From a virus, in the IMG/VR virus record IMGVR_UViG_3300030329_006606, positions 1 to 64,000 of that record: DNA of 64,000 nt. The stretch is one strand, 5' to 3'. A model generated the notes under the pieces. It was not told where the DNA came from, made no database searches, and saw only the letters and a list, made by a program, of their open reading frames with translations. Positions 8,796 to 17,218 of the stretch are shown piece after piece; position 1 is the stretch's first letter, and every line of letters begins with the position of its first letter. Made by a program: the position numbers and the translations under genes.

Positions 8796-9011
8796 TTATT
8801 CTTTGTCTGCAATCTCTGTAACCGACTGGGTTACAGGTGTTTGTTGAGTAGCTTCCATTTGAAGCTTCATAACGTTGAGCATAACGTATCCCGTAAGGCA
8901 AAAGTTTAATGCCAGCAAAATAATACATGCTCTAGCGTAATTGGTCTTAATTGTGGTTTGAGAGGTTTCGCAACTCTCGGTCTCTGTCTGTGTTCGTTTG
9001 TTTTTGTTCAT
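8796..9011 (-). CDS. Small single-TM protein
   Basis: Hydrophobic segment ACIILLALNFCLTGYVML; own TTGACT-N16-TAAACT promoter. Confidence 0.7.
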   Translation of the reverse strand: MNKNKRTQTETESCETSQTTIKTNYARACIILLALNFCLTGYVMLNVMKLQMEATQQTPVTQSVTEIADKE

Positions 9012-9082
9012 ATTTGTGAATGAATATATAGTTTATCGTAACTTTATGAAAAGTCAAATTTTTTTTATATTTAATTAAGTTT

Positions 9083-9169
9083 TGGTAGGGAAGGAGGGAC
9101 TCGAACCCTCATGAGCTAACGCTCGACAGATTTTAAGTCTGTTGTGTATACCAATTCCACCACTTCCCC
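9083..9169 (-). tRNA. tRNA-Leu(TAA)
   Basis: GGGGAAG/CTTCCCT acceptor, ACAGA-CT-TAA-AA-TCTGT anticodon arm, long variable arm, GTTCGAG, encoded CCA. Confidence 0.95.
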
Positions 9170-9171
9170 GA

Positions 9172-9247
9172 TGGTAGGCGATGCAGGGCTCGAACCTACG
9201 ACCTACTGGGTGTAAACCAGTTGCTCTTCCAACTGAGCTAATCGCCC
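9172..9247 (-). tRNA. tRNA-Val(TAC)
   Basis: GGGCGAT/ATCGCCT acceptor, ACTGG-TT-TAC-AC-CCAGT anticodon arm, encoded CCA. Confidence 0.95.
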
Positions 9248-9251
9248 AAAG

Positions 9252-9328
9252 TGGCAGGAAAGCTGGGACTCGAACCCAGAACCTACGGTTTAGAAGACCG
9301 TTGCTCTATCCAATTGAGCTACTTTCCC
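9252..9328 (-). tRNA. tRNA-Arg(TCT)
   Basis: GGGAAAG/CTTTCCT acceptor, ACGGT-CT-TCT-AA-ACCGT anticodon arm, encoded CCA. Confidence 0.95.
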
Positions 9329-9332
9329 AAAA

Positions 9333-9773
9333 TTATTTTTTACGTTTTTTCTTGGGTTTTTTTCTTCTCGCTGGGGGACTATCGTTCCTGATTGAATCAT
9401 CTCTTCTCCAGCCTTGTCTGTATAGTAACGCTGTTACCGTGTTTGCAAATTTATAGACTTCCTTTTCGCTCTTATCCCAAAAGAAGGCATGAGTAAACTC
9501 ATGAATTATCGTGTTTAACTCTGACTTAGGAGTTAAGTAAGGATTGATATATATTCTAGGTAAACCATCACTTGGTCTTACGTCCGGATCATCGCAATAC
9601 CCATCAGCTTTACCAAAGTGGGCTGTGTTTGGTTTCCTAAAATAAACCTCATACTCTACCCCTTTAGTGTTTTTAAATTTGTAGACGTAGGGCCTATCTT
9701 TTCGGCCCCTTATCAACATCTCTCTTCTTTTTCTTTTACGTTTAGGCATTGCGTTTATATTTGTCAATAACAA
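9333..9773 (-). CDS. Small HExxH metallopeptidase-like protein
   Basis: IYINP...LNTIIHEFTHA...E; basic termini; true start probably the ATG at MPKRKR. Confidence 0.7.
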   Translation of the reverse strand: MLLTNINAMPKRKRKRREMLIRGRKDRPYVYKFKNTKGVEYEVYFRKPNTAHFGKADGYCDDPDVRPSDGLPRIYINPYLTPKSELNTIIHEFTHAFFWDKSEKEVYKFANTVTALLYRQGWRRDDSIRNDSPPARRKKPKKKRKK

Positions 9774-10476
9774 ATTCTAATAATTCTATTTTGTTTTTTA
9801 CACCCGCACACCAGTTGGCGTGATGTACAAACAATGGTTGCGGTATGAACATATTCCGCCTTTCTTCTTCATCTTTTTGATCCCACCATTGACCATTTGG
9901 TTCTCGTGGGTTCTTTATTCCATTTATGTATTTACCGTGCGTATAGTATCTCTCTGGTAAAAAATCCCAGTTAATATCATTAGACATTTCCGAAAGTAAA
10001 TCGTTTATTGTACCCTGCTCTGAGGTGTCGAAGGTTACAGACTTCTGCGTTTTATGCGAAGTAAGTCTTCTTTGGATCTCTTCAAAAAAGCTCCTCATTT
10101 TGCTGGTGGATTTTAAAATAAAAAATCCCGCGCCACGACCATTCACTGAGTCAGGATGATCCTTAATAAAAACAACATCCTTATCGCCTAGGCAGTTTAT
10201 TAAATCTTTGTATATTAATCTTTGGTTGTAAAAATATATATCAACATCACAAAATACGCAAATTTCTCCGTCAAACCTTCTCAGGCACTTAGCTATAAAT
10301 TTTTGTTTTTCTATCATTTGGTCTCGCCAGCCGTGAGTAAATAAATATCCACTCCCACATCGCTGTGGTAATTCTTCTACCACTAAGGAGACATTAGCAC
10401 TAAAGGGGAAACTTTTCAAAAAGAATTTATCAAAGAATACCCTATGGCTCTCGCTAAAACACGTACAAAAGTTCAT
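9742..10476 (-). CDS. Nucleotide-diphospho-sugar transferase (GT77-like)
   Basis: FCDVDI DxD, AGFFI, EQ..IN, HHANW..G...KI. Confidence 0.75.
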   Translation of the reverse strand: MNFCTCFSESHRVFFDKFFLKSFPFSANVSLVVEELPQRCGSGYLFTHGWRDQMIEKQKFIAKCLRRFDGEICVFCDVDIYFYNQRLIYKDLINCLGDKDVVFIKDHPDSVNGRGAGFFILKSTSKMRSFFEEIQRRLTSHKTQKSVTFDTSEQGTINDLLSEMSNDINWDFLPERYYTHGKYINGIKNPREPNGQWWDQKDEEERRNMFIPQPLFVHHANWCAGVKNKIELLEFVIDKYKRNA

Positions 10477-10493
10477 AATATATTATGCCTCAG

Positions 10494-11543
10494 TTATTTT
10501 AACATTCTAAGTTTTTGCGACACTTTTACCTTAATGTGGTTCACGTTATGATTTGGGAATTGACTTTCAAATTCAATAAGTTTATTGCGAGCCTTAAAGT
10601 AGGCTTCAAACGATTTTTTTCTAGTCGTAGTCGCTGGGCCTTCAAGTGTCCAACCGTGACGACTAAGCTCTTCGTAGTGCATTCCTTGGCGTACAAGCAT
10701 ATTAATACGGGCTATCGCCATGACAGATTCTGGGGTCTCTTGGTGTTTATCTCGCCTTGTAGCAAAATTGATCTCAGGTATTGGTATATCGTCCACCTTG
10801 GGTGGTATTTCTTTCTCCGGTTTAAAATTGGTTTTTTTGGAACCCCAAAACCGTTCGGCCATTTTATAGCTCCAAGGTGAGTATGACTTTAAGGCTTCCG
10901 CGCCTTTCGGCATTCCCCTTCTGGCTACAAGGGGTCCGGGCACTAGGTATACGGCAGATATTTCAGCAAAATATTCCATGTGGTTTTTACTACCGTAAAG
11001 CCCTAAGAATTTTTTATTCTTTTTTACAGCCAGATCGTAGTAGTTTCTAATTTCGATATCTCTATGTTCATTCATGGCGATATGGTTAAAGTGAGCCATT
11101 TCATGGACAAAATAAAACGTATCAAAAGGAGGATCAAAAAATCTAAAGGTGCGGAAGATCATTATACTCTTACTCATTGAACCGTTGCGGGGGATACGCC
11201 TGTCCCACTTCTCCTGCCCCGCCCTTATATATTCCAATCCGTTAGATGCGTGGGGTTCATTTAAAAAATAAACTTTATATTCTTTTTCAATAAATTTAGA
11301 ATACGTATTCGGCATTACATTCTTCGTTTGAGTGAAGACTCTGTGCGCGTTGGTTATTATTTTCTTTTTTAGGAGGGGTGATTCATTAATCTTCGTCGCT
11401 ACTTCGGGAGATATGTGAACCTCTATTCCTGCTATTTTAACTACCTCAAATCCAGCTTTACCCTGTCTAAGATCGAAAATTATACCTAAAGAGCTTACAG
11501 GGGTCGCTAGGGCGATTAATAGGGATAATATAATGTTCCTCAT
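10494..11543 (-). CDS. Secreted zinc metallopeptidase (gluzincin, lethal-factor/MtfA-like)
   Basis: Signal-peptide-like N-terminus; FVHEMAH plus NHMEYFAE third-ligand motif. Confidence 0.7.
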   Translation of the reverse strand: MRNIILSLLIALATPVSSLGIIFDLRQGKAGFEVVKIAGIEVHISPEVATKINESPLLKKKIITNAHRVFTQTKNVMPNTYSKFIEKEYKVYFLNEPHASNGLEYIRAGQEKWDRRIPRNGSMSKSIMIFRTFRFFDPPFDTFYFVHEMAHFNHIAMNEHRDIEIRNYYDLAVKKNKKFLGLYGSKNHMEYFAEISAVYLVPGPLVARRGMPKGAEALKSYSPWSYKMAERFWGSKKTNFKPEKEIPPKVDDIPIPEINFATRRDKHQETPESVMAIARINMLVRQGMHYEELSRHGWTLEGPATTTRKKSFEAYFKARNKLIEFESQFPNHNVNHIKVKVSQKLRMLK

Positions 11544-11589
11544 ACTACTATTATGAGGGTTTTTTTTGTTAAGTCAAGAGGTTTTTTAA

Positions 11590-12030
11590 TTAAAAAGTCA
11601 ACCAAGCATTCACCGGCATAGAAGTTAATCTCTGTTCTCTGTCTGGGGAATTGCTGTTGAAGTTTGGGTCATAATCTTTGCCACCTTCCTGCTCGTTAAC
11701 TCCAAGTCCTGTAACAGCCCCAGCATCTGAAAGGCTGGCTGCGGGATGGTTAAATTTTACTTTCTCTGGATTGTTTAGGAGTTTCTTTATCTCAGACTTT
11801 AAAGCGTCATTACTAGAAACAAACTCTAAAGCACTCTCATAGGTTTGAACGGCAGCAGCTATTCGTTTCTTTTTTGTGCAGCCGCAGCCGCCAGCGGTAG
11901 CAATGCAAGCCTTACTAAAATCAGATAATGGAGTAAGGTCCAAATCAGAAAGGGAATCTGTGAGTCTTTTTTCGTTTACTCTATAGAAAATCCCAAACTC
12001 GTTCCAATTTTTAAAAATATATTCACTCAT
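11590..12030 (-). CDS. Hypothetical protein (GCGC motif)
   Basis: 146-aa ORF overlapping upstream gene end. Confidence 0.65.
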   Translation of the reverse strand: MSEYIFKNWNEFGIFYRVNEKRLTDSLSDLDLTPLSDFSKACIATAGGCGCTKKKRIAAAVQTYESALEFVSSNDALKSEIKKLLNNPEKVKFNHPAASLSDAGAVTGLGVNEQEGGKDYDPNFNSNSPDREQRLTSMPVNAWLTF

Positions 12031-12373
12031 GACTCTTATTATATAGTGTACACAAAATAAAATAAAGAAAATATGTCATCCATATGTTTAAAATTAATAC
12101 TGTTACATCTTGGTACATATAGTATAACCCCGCATTAATCCAAAATCCAAAGCAAACTGGGCAAGATAGCAGCCTCGTTAGAAAATTGTTATAATCAAAC
12201 ATTAAAAAATCCCAATAAGAATTTGCTGGAAATTTTATAAGATGATCGTCATATTTATCAACAAGAAACAATTTATTCAGTCTAAATAGCCTAATATACT
12301 CCACTAAAACATCTGTTTTATAAAGAAAAAACAAAGATAACGAAGCTAAAACTGAGTAAAATAAGTATTCCAT
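12023..12373 (-). CDS. Membrane protein with CPxCxGFW motif (DUF1360-like)
   Basis: LLSCPVCFGFW and TM segments. Confidence 0.65.
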   Translation of the reverse strand: MEYLFYSVLASLSLFFLYKTDVLVEYIRLFRLNKLFLVDKYDDHLIKFPANSYWDFLMFDYNNFLTRLLSCPVCFGFWINAGLYYMYQDVTVLILNIWMTYFLYFILCTLYNKSHE

Positions 12374-12408
12374 CTTTTGTATATTTTATAATAAATATAT
12401 CTCAAATT

Positions 12409-12828
12409 CTAATAAATTCTAGTTAAAGAAACATTATAAAAATCTAATATCTCAAATGCAGAATCATCTCTCTCATAAAGATCATTATAATAAACTTCTT
12501 TAACTCCGTACGCCGCTATCATTGTGGCACAATACGAGCAGGGTAACAAGGTAACAGCCAGCAACTTAACGTCTCCCTTGTTGCATAAAGAAAGACAGTT
12601 AGCCTCTGCGTGTATCATATATTTGCGACGAGCTTCCCTGTCGAGCCAAAATTGCTGATCGACGTTTTTTCCTGAAGCAAGCCCGTTGTAGCCGACACCT
12701 ACCACCATATTCTGGTGGTTTAAAGCGCAAGCCCCCACCTTTCGGTGAGGGTCTTCGCTTCTAAGGGAGGCTACGGCGGCTATTTGTAACGCATATTCCC
12801 CCCAAGTAGATTTGGGAGACTCGGACAT
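12409..12828 (-). CDS. dCMP deaminase
   Basis: RSED...VGA, GYNG, HAEAN, PCSYC zinc motifs. Confidence 0.93.
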   Translation of the reverse strand: MSESPKSTWGEYALQIAAVASLRSEDPHRKVGACALNHQNMVVGVGYNGLASGKNVDQQFWLDREARRKYMIHAEANCLSLCNKGDVKLLAVTLLPCSYCATMIAAYGVKEVYYNDLYERDDSAFEILDFYNVSLTRIY

Positions 12829-12830
12829 TT

Positions 12831-12911
12831 TTACCCTCTAAATTGGAAAGAGAGATACAATACGCGAAAAACGAAGTACGCGATTCCTAGTGCTATGAAT
12901 AAGTCTACCAT
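12831..12911 (-). CDS. 26-aa single-TM microprotein (not in ORF track)
   Basis: MVDLFIALGIAYFVFRVLYLSFQFRG; ATG overlaps upstream stop and stop lies 2 nt before the dCMP deaminase start. Confidence 0.55.
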   Translation of the reverse strand: MVDLFIALGIAYFVFRVLYLSFQFRG

Positions 12912-13219
12912 TCTTTTTCCTGTTGTTCTTCTGTTAAACCGCTTGGGCACTGTGGTGCTGGGCAGGATTCAACTTGTTGATCACCACGTTCATCTAAGGA
13001 TACCTTAAGGTACTTAACGCGCGGCCTCCCGTTGGGAGATTTTACTTGGCCTACAACCTTTAGCTCCCCAGAATCAACCGCGCTATTTAGTTTGCTGTGG
13101 ATAGTAACTCTAGATACCTTCTTGGTACAAGAGTCTACCACATCCTGAGCGGTGAATACTACGTCTGGCCAGCTAATGTCTACTGGAGGCCTTCCTCTTT
13201 GCTTTTTATTCATGTCCAT
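12905..13219 (-). CDS. Putative winged-HTH DNA-binding protein with AT-hook-like RGRP
   Basis: RGRPP, FTAQDV...VSRVTIHSKL...GRP wing; first gene of leftward unit. Confidence 0.65.
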   Translation of the reverse strand: MDMNKKQRGRPPVDISWPDVVFTAQDVVDSCTKKVSRVTIHSKLNSAVDSGELKVVGQVKSPNGRPRVKYLKVSLDERGDQQVESCPAPQCPSGLTEEQQEKEW

Positions 13220-13296
13220 GTTATTATGTTAAATTAATTTTTTCCGGAGTCAACAGTTTTTTTTGTTTTTTATCAAGTTTTTTTTAATATAGATTT

Positions 13297-13755
13297 ATGA
13301 CAGTACAAGAGGCTTCTGGGAAACTTTACAATTGGTTTTACAATCATGATTCTTTTTGCTTGGATAATGATTTTAATTCGATTATCCCTATGACAGACCT
13401 TCCTGACAGGGATAAGGCGGCACTAGCTATAGCTTTGAAAAAGTTGGAAAGCGGGGGTATGCTCGCTTGCAGTGAAAGGGAAGGCGAAGATAAGAAGACT
13501 CATGATTATTACGTTCTTGAAAGAAGTTTTGATTCTTGGCAGCAAACCGTAGATATAGGGCCAACTAGCGCAAGGTTCATAGCTAACGAGCTTAATTCTT
13601 TTTGCGAATTAATAGAAGATAAAACTGATTGGTGTGATGTAACCTCCATTAGTGAAAAAGACGTAAGAAACTTGGTTCATATTATCGCCTTCTACAAAAA
13701 CAAAATTGAATCTGAGCCGCCGGAACCCCCAAAGGGGCGAAGAAAAAAAAGTTGA
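13297..13755 (+). CDS. Hypothetical protein
   Basis: 152-aa ORF, first rightward gene after the strand switch. Confidence 0.75.
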   Translation: MTVQEASGKLYNWFYNHDSFCLDNDFNSIIPMTDLPDRDKAALAIALKKLESGGMLACSEREGEDKKTHDYYVLERSFDSWQQTVDIGPTSARFIANELNSFCELIEDKTDWCDVTSISEKDVRNLVHIIAFYKNKIESEPPEPPKGRRKKS

Positions 13756-13779
13756 CTTTAATAAAAAAGCCGCTACACT
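13752..13779 (+). promoter_or_regulatory. sigma70-type promoter (TTGACT-N16-TACACT) facing a non-coding region
   Basis: Same geometry as 14 other promoters in the window. Confidence 0.75.
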
Positions 13780-13785
13780 GTTAAA

Positions 13786-14210
13786 TTAGTTCTTTGTTAG
13801 CGGTGAATAGCTTACGAGGGTTAACCTCGTATTAACTCATTAGAGACCACAGGCCCGTAAAAAGACCTTGGCTAAATAGACCTAATAAGTCTACTGTTAT
13901 TTCGGGAAAAAGCGGCAGTTGAAGTCAATGTAAGTAGAAATACTTAAGCTAGAAACTTAATCCTCCCAAGAGGAAAAAGGATAAGCAGTCATAAAGAAAA
14001 GTCCCACCGCCTAAAACAAAAACTACATAGCTTAACGAGTCAGCAAGCGAGACTAAAAGAGGTTAACGCGACGGACTGAAGCGGCTTGGTTAAGAGAAGA
14101 TTATGAATTTACTTCAAGTGGACAGCTATGTTCTTATCTCGAAAGCCTATTCGGCTTTCTCAACCCAGTGGAAAAATTTAAGGATAAGCAGTCACAATGA
14201 AGATTGTTAT
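13786..14210 (+). ncRNA. Candidate large structured non-coding RNA of unknown class
   Basis: 476-nt gap without a long ORF, own promoter, many hairpins, long-range pairings 13797-13805/14005-14014 and 14025-14032/14124-14131, 15-nt direct repeat. Confidence 0.6.
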
Positions 14211-14231
14211 ATTTAAGATTTAATTATTATT

Positions 14232-14870
14232 ATGAAATACATAGGACTATCAGGAGTGGCGGGTGCTGGCAAAGATTTATTCTTTTCTATGCTCTCAGAA
14301 AAAATTCAGTGTCAAAGGTTATCCTTAGCGGATGAACTTAAAGAGGATGTTAAAGACTGGTGTCTTTATAATTATGGTATTGATCCAACGTCATGCTCTA
14401 GAGAAGATAAGGATGTGCTTAGGCCATTCTTAGTTTTTCACGGTATGCAAAAGAGAAATAAATCCGATGGACGCTATTGGATAGACAGACTTCAGTTAAA
14501 AATTAAAGCCCTAGAGCAAAAGGTTAAGAACTCACCGTTTGAAGACATGTATGGTGTTATTACCGACATAAGATACGATGACTACGAATGGGATGAAGTT
14601 GGCTTTCTGAAGAACGAACTCAATGGTTGTTTGGTACACATCTTACAATACGAAGAAGAATCCGATTCGAATGAGGGATGTTTATACAGGCATCCTCGGC
14701 AACCCGCAAACGACGAGGAGGCTCGCAATGATCCCAAGTTAAAAAAGAAAGCTGATTTCAATATTGAATGGAAATTCTTGGAAAACGGTCAAATTGATAA
14801 ACTTACACCACATGTAGACGATTTTGTGGAGTGGTTAAAATCAAAAGATGAAAACGAAACCCCAAAATGA
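14232..14870 (+). CDS. Deoxynucleoside monophosphate kinase-like protein
   Basis: GLSGVAGAGKD P-loop, LADELK, YWI, VITDIRY...EV. Confidence 0.8.
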   Translation: MKYIGLSGVAGAGKDLFFSMLSEKIQCQRLSLADELKEDVKDWCLYNYGIDPTSCSREDKDVLRPFLVFHGMQKRNKSDGRYWIDRLQLKIKALEQKVKNSPFEDMYGVITDIRYDDYEWDEVGFLKNELNGCLVHILQYEEESDSNEGCLYRHPRQPANDEEARNDPKLKKKADFNIEWKFLENGQIDKLTPHVDDFVEWLKSKDENETPK

Positions 14871-15465
14871 CGAAATATTAGTAGAAAACGTCAAAGATAA
14901 AGGCTGTAATGAAAGTTACAAAGAAATACTCCACCGTCACGAGAATTTATTTTATAAAATATGCCAAAAATACATGCCAATTGTTTTATCTAAGGGGTTA
15001 GAAAAGAATGACCTCCTAGAAGACAAGCATTTTGTAGTATTTAAATCTATTAATTCATATCTTCCTAATAAAAATACTAAATTTTCTACATGGTTAGGGA
15101 ACTGCACCAGATACCACTGTTTAAATTTCATAAACTCCAACGGTAAGTACGTTAGCACCGAGGACGAGATAATTAAAAGTAGGATTGATTCAAAAGTTAA
15201 AGAATCTTACGCCGATGAAAGAGATGGAGTAACAAACTCGGAGTATATTTTTAATATTTTATACCAACTGAAAGACAAGCGTATAGCTGAGGTGTTTCGT
15301 TTAAGATATTTTAAAGACTTTGGTGATCAAAAAAAACCAACATGGAGTAGAATTGCTAAAGAAATCAACACGAGCACCCAGACAGCTATCAATTTACACC
15401 ATCGTGGGCAGAAAATCCTAAAAACAAAATTTGTTTCCAAGGAATATATGCCAGATAAAATTTAA
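14848..15465 (+). CDS. Phage sigma70-family sigma factor
   Basis: Region-2 KFSTWL motif and region-4 HTH (RLRYF...TWSRIAKEINTS). Confidence 0.85.
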   Translation: MKTKPQNDEILVENVKDKGCNESYKEILHRHENLFYKICQKYMPIVLSKGLEKNDLLEDKHFVVFKSINSYLPNKNTKFSTWLGNCTRYHCLNFINSNGKYVSTEDEIIKSRIDSKVKESYADERDGVTNSEYIFNILYQLKDKRIAEVFRLRYFKDFGDQKKPTWSRIAKEINTSTQTAINLHHRGQKILKTKFVSKEYMPDKI

Positions 15466-15503
15466 TGCTTGACTTAACTGAAAGGAATGTTATATTCGTA
15501 GGC

Positions 15504-15794
15504 ATGAGTGATAATCAAAAACAACAAACCGACTGGCAGAAAAGGGAGATTGGCGCGCTCTGGAAAAGAGAGAGCCCCAATCAGAAATATTTTTCTGGCC
15601 ATGTAACAGACCCCGATGGGAATCGTACCAAGGTGTTAATCTTCACCAACAAATCTAAGCAAAAAGATAACCAACCCGACTTTCGGGTATACAAGGCGGA
15701 TGATCAACCGCAACAATCAAGAGAATCTGCCACTGCGGCTGTAGCCTCAGAGGAGGTCGTCGATGATACCCAAATGGTAGACGACGTTCTTTAG
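15504..15794 (+). CDS. DUF736-like putative ssDNA-binding protein
   Basis: IGALWK...YFSG...FTN..K...PDFRVY with acidic tail; start placed after promoter at 15469-15496. Confidence 0.65.
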   Translation: MSDNQKQQTDWQKREIGALWKRESPNQKYFSGHVTDPDGNRTKVLIFTNKSKQKDNQPDFRVYKADDQPQQSRESATAAVASEEVVDDTQMVDDVL

Positions 15795-15797
15795 ATT

Positions 15798-16877
15798 ATG
15801 GGCTATGCTACAAATGTACCGATAAATCCTACTTCCTTCGGACAAGTTAGTATATCCATTCTAAGAGAACTATATAACAGGTCTTCAGAGCCGAGCCTCT
15901 TCCCGCTTGGCTCTGTTGACCTTAGTCCTTTTAGGGAGGATAAAGGGTTTACTGAATGGTTAAATGAATGTAAAGGTAAATCATACCTTCATTCTAGAAC
16001 TAACCCGTGCTTTAAGTTGTGGCACCTAAGTGGCGCGCTTGAATCCCCTAGTAAGGATCAAGCCTTAATGACTTTCTATGAGTGCAACCAGCCAACTAAA
16101 CCAGAAATCAACGCAGCACTCAACAACAACTTAATACTAACAAGCAAACACAGCCAAGCCATCTTTGAGTCAGTCGGCGTAAAATCAAACCTAGTACCAC
16201 TAGCTTTTGATGACTTTAGTTTTCATGAAACGAAAAGTAAATACTACGAAGACGATAGAATAGTTTTTAATCTCGCCGGTAAATTCGAGAAACGAAAAAA
16301 CCACGAGAAAATAATTAAAACGTGGGCAAAAAAATTTGGAAACAATAAAAAATACTATCTTCAATGTGCGTTATGGAATCACTTTTTTTCAGAAGAAGAT
16401 AATAAAGCTAATTTTAGAGGGTGCTTAAATGGAAAAAGCTATTTCAACGTACAATTCCTCGCTTACATGCCTGATAACGCTTCCTATAACGACTACCTAA
16501 ACTCCTCTGACATTATACTCTCTATGTCAGGCGGCGAAGGCTGGGGTTTGCCTGAATTTACATCCTTATGCCTAGGAAAGCATGCTGTAGTATTGAATGC
16601 TCACGCGTATAAAGAGTGGGCAACAAACGAAAACTCCGTCCTTGTCGAACCTAGCGGTGAATACGAAGCGTATGATAACCTTTTCTTTAAGAAAGGGGAC
16701 AACTTTAACCAAGGCTCGTTCCAAGACTTTAACGAAGATGATTTTATCTCAGCCTGTGAGGAGGCTATAAAAAGAGTTGAATCTAACAAAGTCAATATCA
16801 AGGGCACCGAATTAAAAGAACAATTTAATTATAAAAATACAGTTGATAAAATTGAATTAGTTCTAGATAATATGTAA
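15798..16877 (+). CDS. Glycosyltransferase (GT-B, GT4-like)
   Basis: GKFEKRKN and EGWGLPEF motifs. Confidence 0.85.
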   Translation: MGYATNVPINPTSFGQVSISILRELYNRSSEPSLFPLGSVDLSPFREDKGFTEWLNECKGKSYLHSRTNPCFKLWHLSGALESPSKDQALMTFYECNQPTKPEINAALNNNLILTSKHSQAIFESVGVKSNLVPLAFDDFSFHETKSKYYEDDRIVFNLAGKFEKRKNHEKIIKTWAKKFGNNKKYYLQCALWNHFFSEEDNKANFRGCLNGKSYFNVQFLAYMPDNASYNDYLNSSDIILSMSGGEGWGLPEFTSLCLGKHAVVLNAHAYKEWATNENSVLVEPSGEYEAYDNLFFKKGDNFNQGSFQDFNEDDFISACEEAIKRVESNKVNIKGTELKEQFNYKNTVDKIELVLDNM

Positions 16878-17218
16878 TGCCATTTTACGAATACAGACAT
16901 CCGGAGACAGGTGAAACCGTAGAAGTATTACAAAGTATGAAACAAGATCATACATTTGTTGACCCTGAAGGTGTCGAATGGCAACGAGTATTCCATGCTC
17001 CAAACGCATCCATCGACACGGAAATGGACCCATTCTCGCAATCCGACTGGGACAAGAGAACAAAAAAACCCGGCATGACCTACGGTGACATGATGGACTT
17101 ATCAAAAGAGATGAGTATTAAGAGGGAAAAATCCGCTGGCCTTGACCCAATCAAACAGAAAGCGGTTAAAAAATATGAAAAGAAATGTAGAAAACCTCAC
17201 CCCAACAAAAGCAAATGA
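16877..17218 (+). CDS. FmdB-like protein lacking zinc cysteines
   Basis: MPFYEY...G...E...M...RVF.AP pattern. Confidence 0.6.
   Translation: MPFYEYRHPETGETVEVLQSMKQDHTFVDPEGVEWQRVFHAPNASIDTEMDPFSQSDWDKRTKKPGMTYGDMMDLSKEMSIKREKSAGLDPIKQKAVKKYEKKCRKPHPNKSK

Noticed and set aside
9181-9456. 91-aa plus-strand ORF
   Set aside because: Antisense shadow of the tRNA-Val and tRNA-Arg genes
13786-14210. RNase P RNA or group I intron identity for the non-coding element
   Set aside because: GAGGAAAAAGG and GAAAAGTCCC only loosely resemble the RNase P GAGGAAAGUCC motif, the 3' P4 partner is not evident, and neither flanking gene is interrupted
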